Assembly: GCA_947585425.1 (NCBI GenBank)
Contig: CANPWZ010000001.1
Location: forward strand, 70,367 to 134,366
Direction of reading: 5' to 3'
Origin: an uncultured Oscillospiraceae bacterium
GTDB lineage: Bacteria > Bacillota > Clostridia > Oscillospirales > Oscillospiraceae
Length of the DNA: 64,000 nt
In this document: piece by piece, positions 18,665 through 25,958 of the stretch
How positions within the stretch are numbered: position 1 is the first letter of the stretch
Layout of the letters: each line of letters opens with the position of its first letter
The notes under the pieces: generated by a model
The model's database searches: none
What the model was told of the DNA's origin: nothing
What the model saw: the letters and a program-made list of their open reading frames with translations, nothing else
Position numbers and translations under genes: made by a program

Positions 18665-20143
18665 ATGAAGCAACTGGAAACCGATGTCATCGTCGTGGCC
18701 GCGGGTCTGAGCGGTCTGGCCGCCTGCTGCGCCGCCGCCGAGGGAGGCGCCCGGGTCGTCTGCTTTGAAAAAGCCAGCACCACCGGCGGCGCCGCCAACA
18801 TGGGCATGGGCCCCCTGGGCGTGGGCTCCCGCATCCAGCGCGAGCACATGATCCCCCTGAGCCCCATCGAGGCCTTCCGTAAGCATATGTATTTCACCCA
18901 CTACCATGTGGACCCCCGCCTGGTGCGCGACTACTACTTCAAGTCCGGCGACACCATCGACTGGCTGTGCAACATGGGCGTGGAGTTCGTGGGCGTGCAG
19001 CGGGCCTTCGGCGCAGACGAGGCCACCCGCCCCTATTCCGACGGCGAGTTCACCTGGCACGTCTGCAAGCCCGAGGGCGGCGGCGTTCCCGGCCCCCGCG
19101 CCGCCTCCGGCATGATGAAGAAGATGACCGAGTACGCCCAGAGCCTGGGCGTGGAGTTCTACCTGGAGACCCCCGTGAAGAAGCTCATCCAGGAGGACGG
19201 CGCCGTGGTGGGCGTCATCGCCGTGGACAAGAACGGCGAGGAGATCGAGTGCCGCGCGCCCTCCACCATCGTGGCCACCGGCGGCTTCGGCGACAACCCG
19301 GAGATGATCAAGGAGTACACCGGCTTCGAGTTCGGCAAGACCATCTTCAACTTCGCCGTGCCCGGCATGAAGGGCGACGGCATGAAGATGTGCTGGGAGG
19401 CGGGCGCCGCCAAGACCCCCATCATCATGGAGATCATGTACCAGCTGCCCGACAACATGAACCACTTTATCATCGAGGGCGCCTTCCGTCAGCCCTGCCT
19501 GTGGGTGGACCGCAACGGCAACCGCTTCATGCCCGAGGATCAGATCGGCAACACCACCTTCACCGGCAACGCCATCTCCCACCTCCCCGGCAAAGTGGCC
19601 TTCTCCATTTTCGACAGCAAGGCCCTCAAGCGCTATAAGAAGCACGGGCCCGACATCATCTCCCACGTCCATCCCCACGACCTGTACGACCACTTCGACG
19701 AGCAGTGGGAGCGGGATTTGGCCGCCGGCTACGAGCCCATCGCCCAGGGCGACACCATCGAGGAGCTGGCCAAAAACGCCGGCATCGACGTGGACGGCCT
19801 GGTGGCCCAGGTGGAGGAGTACAACGCCATGTGCGACGCCGGCTACGACGAGCTGTTCGAGAAGAACCGCGCCTATATGCAGAAGATCGAGAAGGGCCCC
19901 TTCTACTGCTGCCGCCAGACCGTGGGCGCTTACGGCTCCCTGGGCGGCGTGAAGATCAACCACAAGATGGAGGCCGTGAACGAGGACGCCCGTCCCATCC
20001 CCGGCCTGTACTGCGTGGGCACCGACGCCTGCTCCATCTACGGCGACTCCTATCCCTTCGTGCTGTCCGGCAACACCATGGGCTTCTGCCTGAACTCCGG
20101 CCGCATCGCCGGTGAGAACGCCGCGGCAAAGGTGGGCTTCTGA
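18665..20143 (+). CDS. FAD-dependent oxidoreductase, fumarate reductase/succinate dehydrogenase flavoprotein-like (FAD_binding_2), soluble
   Basis: SD AGGAGG. Dinucleotide fold DVIVVAAGLSGLAACCAAAEGG...EKASTTGGAA and C-terminal IPGLYCVGTDA...GNTMGFCLNSGRIAGENAA. Confidence 0.8.
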   Translation: MKQLETDVIVVAAGLSGLAACCAAAEGGARVVCFEKASTTGGAANMGMGPLGVGSRIQREHMIPLSPIEAFRKHMYFTHYHVDPRLVRDYYFKSGDTIDWLCNMGVEFVGVQRAFGADEATRPYSDGEFTWHVCKPEGGGVPGPRAASGMMKKMTEYAQSLGVEFYLETPVKKLIQEDGAVVGVIAVDKNGEEIECRAPSTIVATGGFGDNPEMIKEYTGFEFGKTIFNFAVPGMKGDGMKMCWEAGAAKTPIIMEIMYQLPDNMNHFIIEGAFRQPCLWVDRNGNRFMPEDQIGNTTFTGNAISHLPGKVAFSIFDSKALKRYKKHGPDIISHVHPHDLYDHFDEQWERDLAAGYEPIAQGDTIEELAKNAGIDVDGLVAQVEEYNAMCDAGYDELFEKNRAYMQKIEKGPFYCCRQTVGAYGSLGGVKINHKMEAVNEDARPIPGLYCVGTDACSIYGDSYPFVLSGNTMGFCLNSGRIAGENAAAKVGF

Positions 20144-20144
20144 T

Positions 20145-22277
20145 ATGGTGACGCTGACTGTCAACGGCCAGGTCATCCAGGCCGCCGAGGGGCAGTCGGT
20201 CCTCCACGCGGCGCTGGCGGCGGGGGTGTACATCCCCCATCTGTGCGACCACCCTGACCTGGAGGCCAAGGGCGGCTGCCGCCTGTGCAGCGTGACGGTG
20301 GACGGCGGGGACGTGCCTGTCCCCGCCTGCACCACCACCGTGGCTGAAGGCATGGTGGTGGACAGCAGGACCGAGGCCGCGGAGCTGACCCGCCGCACCT
20401 CCATGGAGCTGATGCTGGCCACCCATCCCGCCGACTGCACCGGCTGCCCCAAATACGGCAAGTGCGAGCTGCAGAGCCTCTATCAGTACATGGGGGTCAA
20501 CGGACAGGACTGGCGCATGAAGTCCCGCCCCGTCCCCAACAACGACTCCAACCCCCTGATCTCCCACCTGTTCACCCGCTGCATCCGCTGCGGCCGGTGC
20601 ATCCGCGCCTGCCAGGACCTGCGGGGCGTGAAGGTGCTGGACTACGTCCGGGACGGCGTGGGCGTCCACGCCGGGGTGCCCGGGGGCAAGAGCCTGGTGG
20701 AGGCGGGCTGCCGCTTCTGCGGGGCCTGCATCGAGGTGTGTCCCACCGGCTCCATCGTGGACGCGGTAGGCGTGATGGAGAAACACCCCGCCTACGCCGA
20801 CAACGTGGTGCCCTGCCGGGCCGAGTGCCCCGCCCACACCAATATCCCGGAGTACATCCGGGCGGTCCGGGAGGGGAGACCCGGCGACGCGGTGGCCATC
20901 ATGCGGGAGAAGCTGACCTTCCCGCTGACTTTGGGCTACATCTGCAACCACCTGTGCGAGACGGGCTGCAAGCGCACCGACGTGAACGACCCCCTGTCCA
21001 TCCGCAACCTGAAACGCTTTGCCGTGGAGAACGACAAGGAGCAGGCTTGGAAGGACAAGGGATTTCGGAAACCCCGCACCGGCAAGCGGGTGGCGGTGGT
21101 GGGTTCCGGGCCCTGCGGCCTGACGGCGGCCTACTACCTGAACAAGCTGGGCCACGACGTGACCGTTTTCGAGAAGCGGCCCCAGCTGGGCGGCCCCATG
21201 ACCAGCGGCATCCCGGCCTACCGGCTGCCCATCGAGGGGGTCAACGCCGAGATCCAGTACATCATCGACTCCGGCGTGAAGTACGAGGTCAACCACGAGG
21301 TGTCCGATGCGGCGGCCCTGAAGAAGGACTACGACGCCGTGCTGGTGGCGGTGGGCGTGTCCAAGGGCAAGAAGTTGGGCTTCCTGCCGGGGGCCGATTT
21401 CGACCAGGTGTACACCGCCATCGACGTGCTGGCCGACCTGCGGGCGAACAAGGACATTTCCTATCTGGGCCAGACGGTGTGCGTGATCGGCGGCGGCTCG
21501 GTGGGGTTCGACGCGGCCCGGTCCCTGGTGCGGAAGGGCCTGACGGTGAACCTGGCCTGCATCGAGCCGGCGGACAAGATATTGGCGGACAAGGAGGACC
21601 AGGTGGAGGGCGCCGAGGAGGGCGTGAACATTCTGCCGGGGCGGTCCTTCGAGGAGATCGAGGGCAGCCAGAAGCAGGTCACGGGTCTGCGGGTCCACAC
21701 GGTGAAGTCCTCCACCTATGACCGGGCCACGGGCAAGGTGACGGAGGTGGCCGTGGAGGGGAGCCAGACGGTGATCCCCTGCGACAGCGTGATCTTCGCC
21801 ACGGGGCAGTACACCGGGCTCCAGGACTTTGAGAACTTCGGCATCGAGCTGAACCGGATGGGCTATCCCATCGACCCGGAGACGGGGAAAAGCGGCTTCA
21901 GGACCAGCGTGGAGGGCATCTTCGCGGCGGGCGACGCCATCACGGGGATCAGCTTCGTGATCAAGGCCATCGCGTCGGGCCGGGAGGTGACGTCGGTCAT
22001 CGACAAGTACCTGGGCGGCGACGGGGACATCGAGGAGACCCTGGTGGAGCGTACGGCCGATCCCCACATCGGGGAGTTCCCTGGGTTCGGGACGCTGCCG
22101 CGCATCGAGATGGACGTGGTGGACCCCGCGACCCGTGTCAAGAACGGGGACGAGAACGTCTACAAGACCTATACCTGCGAGCAGGCCCGCTGCGAGGCCC
22201 AGCGCTGCCTCCAGTGCGATCTGCGGCTCCAGCTGGAGACGGTGAAGCTCTGGAACGAATACGGAGGTGGCGAGTGA
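20145..22277 (+). CDS. Fusion oxidoreductase: NuoG/HydA-type N-terminus ([2Fe-2S], His-ligated [4Fe-4S], 2x[4Fe-4S]) plus GltD/NfnB-like NAD(P)H-FAD module
   Basis: ATG 1 nt after the upstream stop. Motifs CDHPDLEAKGGCRLC, HPADCTGCPKYGKCELQ, CIRCGRCIRAC, CRFCGACIEVCP, then CRAECPAHTNIPEY, LCETGCKR, VAVVGSGPCGLTAAYYL and GIPAYRLP. Confidence 0.8.
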   Translation: MVTLTVNGQVIQAAEGQSVLHAALAAGVYIPHLCDHPDLEAKGGCRLCSVTVDGGDVPVPACTTTVAEGMVVDSRTEAAELTRRTSMELMLATHPADCTGCPKYGKCELQSLYQYMGVNGQDWRMKSRPVPNNDSNPLISHLFTRCIRCGRCIRACQDLRGVKVLDYVRDGVGVHAGVPGGKSLVEAGCRFCGACIEVCPTGSIVDAVGVMEKHPAYADNVVPCRAECPAHTNIPEYIRAVREGRPGDAVAIMREKLTFPLTLGYICNHLCETGCKRTDVNDPLSIRNLKRFAVENDKEQAWKDKGFRKPRTGKRVAVVGSGPCGLTAAYYLNKLGHDVTVFEKRPQLGGPMTSGIPAYRLPIEGVNAEIQYIIDSGVKYEVNHEVSDAAALKKDYDAVLVAVGVSKGKKLGFLPGADFDQVYTAIDVLADLRANKDISYLGQTVCVIGGGSVGFDAARSLVRKGLTVNLACIEPADKILADKEDQVEGAEEGVNILPGRSFEEIEGSQKQVTGLRVHTVKSSTYDRATGKVTEVAVEGSQTVIPCDSVIFATGQYTGLQDFENFGIELNRMGYPIDPETGKSGFRTSVEGIFAAGDAITGISFVIKAIASGREVTSVIDKYLGGDGDIEETLVERTADPHIGEFPGFGTLPRIEMDVVDPATRVKNGDENVYKTYTCEQARCEAQRCLQCDLRLQLETVKLWNEYGGGE

Positions 22278-22843
22278 TGGAGGAGAGACTGTTGGACCTG
22301 CCGGAGACCTGCTGCCCTGTGGACGAGCTGCTGAAATACGTCCGGGGCCACAAATGCCTGGACTGCGGCAAGTGCGTCTTTGGCTATGAGGGCGCCGCCC
22401 AGCTGGAGATGACCCTGAACGACATCACCATGAAGAAAAGCCGCGGCTCCGACATGGACCAGCTCCGCAAGCTGTGCGGCCTGATGAAGACCCAGGCGCT
22501 GTGCGAGGACGGCGTGGAGCTGGCCGATACCGCCCTGGCGGTGATGGAGAAATACGCCGACGAGTTCGCCCAGCATGTGGCCAAGCGGAGCTGCAAGGCC
22601 GGCGTGTGCAAGCGGTTCGTCACCTACCACATCCTGGCCGACAAGTGCGTCGGCTGCGGCGACTGCATGGACGCCTGCGAGGACGATGCCATCCAGGGCC
22701 GCGCCAAATTCATCCATGTCATCGACCAGGATGAGTGCACCCAGTGCGGCAAGTGCAAGGAGGCCTGCGAGGAGGACGCCATCGTGGTGGCCGGCGCCAT
22801 CAAGCCCCGGTGCCCGCCCAGGCCCATCCCCTGCCGCCGCTGA
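22277..22843 (+). CDS. Fe-S protein: NuoF-type [4Fe-4S] binding region plus 2x[4Fe-4S] ferredoxin domain, without an NADH/FMN domain
   Basis: ATGA start/stop overlap at 22275-22279. Motifs CLDCGKC...C, then CVGCGDCMDAC and CTQCGKCKEAC. Confidence 0.7.
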   Translation: MEERLLDLPETCCPVDELLKYVRGHKCLDCGKCVFGYEGAAQLEMTLNDITMKKSRGSDMDQLRKLCGLMKTQALCEDGVELADTALAVMEKYADEFAQHVAKRSCKAGVCKRFVTYHILADKCVGCGDCMDACEDDAIQGRAKFIHVIDQDECTQCGKCKEACEEDAIVVAGAIKPRCPPRPIPCRR

Positions 22844-22860
22844 CGGCGGCCCACATTCCT

Positions 22861-22888
22861 TTGGGATCTGATTTAAGATCAATATAAA
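22861..22888 (+). promoter_or_regulatory. Weak candidate internal promoter (TTGGGA - 16 nt - TATAAA) ahead of the carrier-protein module
   Basis: Sits in the only AT-rich gap inside the operon (22844-22919) and follows a GC hairpin that overlaps the upstream stop codon. Confidence 0.3.
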
Positions 22889-22919
22889 ACCAACAAATTT
22901 TTTAAGGAGGTCATTTATC

Positions 22920-23159
22920 ATGGAAGAGCGTACCAATGTTTATGAGAAGATCGTGGAGCGGCTGACCGCCATGCTGGGCGCGAAGGACTACACCGAGGCC
23001 ACCGCCTTTGCCGACCTGGGCATGAAGTCCGTGAACTATTCCTCTATGATCAACGTGCTGGAGGACGAGTTCGACGTGGAGATCCCCTTCATGGATTTCC
23101 GCCGCAAGGCCACCATCGGCGAGGCTGTCGATTTTGTTTGCAATCTGATCGACGGCTGA
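22920..23159 (+). CDS. Acyl/peptidyl carrier protein (79 aa) with a non-canonical attachment motif
   Basis: SD AAGGAGG. ACP/DltC-like helix pattern ADLGMKS(37)VNYSSMINVLEDEFDVEIPFMDF. The Ser is in the canonical position but is preceded by K rather than D. Confidence 0.7.
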   Translation: MEERTNVYEKIVERLTAMLGAKDYTEATAFADLGMKSVNYSSMINVLEDEFDVEIPFMDFRRKATIGEAVDFVCNLIDG

Positions 23160-23174
23160 GAAAGGAGTACCTGA

Positions 23175-24941
23175 ATGGAATCCAAAGGTATGTCCAACGG
23201 CCATGAGATCTTCTCTGAGAAGAGGGTCATGAAGGGGGAGGAGATCGAGGTCTTCTACCGCCAGGCCCGCACTCCCGTGGACCCCGAGGAGGGGCTGGAC
23301 CTCTCCAAACTGGAGGGCATCGCCTCCACCGCCCACGGCTTCTGCGCCAAGTTCAACCAGCGCACCTATATGACCGAGGACGGCCTCATCTGCGAGCAGG
23401 ACGTCCCCGTCATCCTCCGGGACGGCACCAAGATCTACACCGACATCTACCGCCCCAACACCACCGAGAAGGTCCCCGTGCTGATCTCCTGGAGCTACTA
23501 CGGCAAGCGCCCCGGCGACGGCATGAGCGAGTGGCAGGTGATGGGCGTGGCCCCCGGCACCATCTCCACCATGGCCAAGTTCGAGTCCCCCGACCCCGGC
23601 TTCTGGTGCCACAACGGCTATGCCATCGCCAACGTTGACCCCCGCGGCACCGGCCACTCCGAGGGCGACATCGACATGTTCGGCTCCATCGACGCCCAGG
23701 ACGGCTACGACTTCATCGAGTGGGTCGCCCAGCAGCCCTGGTGTTCCGGCAAGGTGGGCATGGGCGGCAACTCCTGCGTGGCCATGACCCAGGTCCGCAT
23801 CGCCGCCACCCAGCCCCCCCATCTGGCCTGCATCGCCCCCTGGGAGGCCACCTGCGACATCTACCGCGAGTCCATCTACGAGGGCGGCATCCCGGCCCTG
23901 AGCTTCAACGAGTTCATCGTGGCCTCCCTCACCGGCCCCAACAAGATCGACGACCAGGTGGAGAACGGCCGCCGCTATCCCCTGATGAACGGCTACTGGG
24001 AGGACAAGATCCCCGACTTCAAGAAGATCCGCATCCCCGTGTACGCCTGCGCGTCCTGGCAGCATTTCCATCTCCACGGCTCCTTCAACTTCTTCCGCAA
24101 GATCCGCTCCACCAAGAAGTGGATGCGGGCCCACCGGGAGCAGGAGTGGCCCGATCTGTACAACACCGCCCACGCCATGGACCTCAAGAACTTCTACGAT
24201 CGGTTCCTGAAGGACGTCCACAACTGCTTCGAGATGACCCCCCGCTATCGGATCGAGGTCATGGACGCCTACGACTACGACTATCAGACCGACCGGCCTG
24301 AAAAGGAGTTCCCCCTGGCCCGGACCCAGTACAAGAAGCTGTACCTCAACGCCGCCGACGGCTCCCTCAACTGGGAGAATCCCGCGGTGGAGAGCAAGGT
24401 CAGCTATGAGTCCAACACCGAGCAGGTCAACTTCGACATCAAGTTCGAGGAGGACACCGAGATCACCGGCTACATGAAGCTCCGCATGTGGGTGGAGGCC
24501 GACGGTCACGACGACATGGACCTGTTCATCACCATCAAGAAGCTGGACGAGGACGGCAACTGGCTGCCCACCAGCATCCTGGGCGAGCCGCACCCCGGCA
24601 CTTGGGGCAAGCTGCGCGTGTCCCACCGGGAGCTGGATCCCAAGCTGTCCACCGACTTTGAGCCCGTCCTGTCCCACAAGCGGGAGCTGAAGCTGAAGAA
24701 GGGCGAGATCGTCCCCGTGGACATCGCCCTGGTGCCCACCAGCTGGATCTGGCACAAGGGCCAGCAGCTCCGGGTGGAGGTGGCCGGCCGCTACATCCGC
24801 GAGGGCTGGTTCGAGCCGCTGACCTGGGAGACCGACAACCACGGCCAGCACATCATCCACACCGGCGGGCAGTATGAGAGCTATCTCCAGATCCCCGTCA
24901 TCCCGCCCAAGTATAAGGCGGGCGACTACACTTATCGCTGA
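23175..24941 (+). CDS. CocE/NonD-family alpha/beta serine hydrolase (Peptidase_S15-like plus C-terminal jelly-roll), cytoplasmic
   Basis: SD AAAGGAG. Motifs YGKRPGD, NVDPRGTGHSEGD and nucleophile elbow VGMGGNSCVAMTQ (compare CocE GVSYLGVTQ). About 588 aa, no signal peptide. Confidence 0.75.
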   Translation: MESKGMSNGHEIFSEKRVMKGEEIEVFYRQARTPVDPEEGLDLSKLEGIASTAHGFCAKFNQRTYMTEDGLICEQDVPVILRDGTKIYTDIYRPNTTEKVPVLISWSYYGKRPGDGMSEWQVMGVAPGTISTMAKFESPDPGFWCHNGYAIANVDPRGTGHSEGDIDMFGSIDAQDGYDFIEWVAQQPWCSGKVGMGGNSCVAMTQVRIAATQPPHLACIAPWEATCDIYRESIYEGGIPALSFNEFIVASLTGPNKIDDQVENGRRYPLMNGYWEDKIPDFKKIRIPVYACASWQHFHLHGSFNFFRKIRSTKKWMRAHREQEWPDLYNTAHAMDLKNFYDRFLKDVHNCFEMTPRYRIEVMDAYDYDYQTDRPEKEFPLARTQYKKLYLNAADGSLNWENPAVESKVSYESNTEQVNFDIKFEEDTEITGYMKLRMWVEADGHDDMDLFITIKKLDEDGNWLPTSILGEPHPGTWGKLRVSHRELDPKLSTDFEPVLSHKRELKLKKGEIVPVDIALVPTSWIWHKGQQLRVEVAGRYIREGWFEPLTWETDNHGQHIIHTGGQYESYLQIPVIPPKYKAGDYTYR

Positions 24942-24956
24942 TAGGAGGAATGTGCC

Positions 24957-25955
24957 ATGGGTATGATGGATGAGATCCTGCGGAAGGCCAAGGCCGATCC
25001 GCAGATCGTGGCGTTCCCCGAGATCGGCGAGGAGAAGATCCTGAAGGCGGCGCAGGAATGCGCCGCCCAGGGGATCTGCAAGCCCATGCTGGTGGGCAAG
25101 GGCGAGGAGATCAAGGCCGCCGTGGCCCAGTTCGGCATCGATATGACCGGCATCTCCGTGTTCGACACCACCGATGAACACGCCTGCGAGGAGGTCTTCA
25201 ACGCCTACGGCGCGGTGAATACCGAGATGAGCGCCAAGGCCATCCGCCGCAAGGCCAAGGACGATATGTATGTTGCCCTGATGATGCTGGCCATCGGCAA
25301 GGTGGACGTGATGTTCGCCGGCATGAGCCACACCACCGGCGAGGTCATCTGGGGCGGCCAGTCCATCGTGGGCCTGAAAGAAGGCGTCACCACCGTGTCC
25401 AGCATCGGCGTGTCCCAGATCCCCGGCTGGAACGGCAGCGAGGGCGACCTGCTCATCATCGGCGACAGCGCCGTGTGCGTCAATCCCGACCCCGCCGATC
25501 TGGCCTCCATCGCCGTGTCCGCCTGCGACACCGCCCGGGACCTGCTGGGCTGGGAGCCCCGCTGCGCCATGGTGTCCTACTCCACCGACGGCAGCGCCGA
25601 GAGCGAGCTGGTGGACAAGGTGCGCAAGGGCGTGGAGATCGCCCGGCAGATGCGGCCCACCTACGCCATCGACGGCGAGTTCCAGCTGGACGCCGCCATC
25701 GTCCCCGCCGTGGCCGCCAAGAAGGTCAAGCGGGAGAGCCCGGTGGCCGGCAAGGCCAACATCATCATCTGGCCCGACCTGAACGTGGGCAACATCGGCG
25801 TGAAGCTGCTGCAGATCTTCGGCCATGCCGACGCCTATGGCCCCGTGCTCCAGGGCTTCAAGAAGATCGTGTGCGACTGCTCCCGCAGCGCCCCCGTGTC
25901 CGAGATCGTGGGCAATGTGGCCATCGCCGGCGTCCGCGCCCAGAACAATAAGTGA
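24957..25955 (+). CDS. Phosphate acyltransferase of the Pta/Ptb family
   Basis: SD AGGAGG. Motifs IVAFPEIGEEKILKAA, DGEFQLDAAIVPAVAAKK, VAGKANIIIWPDLNVGNIGVKLLQ, GPVLQGF. Confidence 0.85.
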   Translation: MGMMDEILRKAKADPQIVAFPEIGEEKILKAAQECAAQGICKPMLVGKGEEIKAAVAQFGIDMTGISVFDTTDEHACEEVFNAYGAVNTEMSAKAIRRKAKDDMYVALMMLAIGKVDVMFAGMSHTTGEVIWGGQSIVGLKEGVTTVSSIGVSQIPGWNGSEGDLLIIGDSAVCVNPDPADLASIAVSACDTARDLLGWEPRCAMVSYSTDGSAESELVDKVRKGVEIARQMRPTYAIDGEFQLDAAIVPAVAAKKVKRESPVAGKANIIIWPDLNVGNIGVKLLQIFGHADAYGPVLQGFKKIVCDCSRSAPVSEIVGNVAIAGVRAQNNK

Positions 25956-25958
25956 CCC

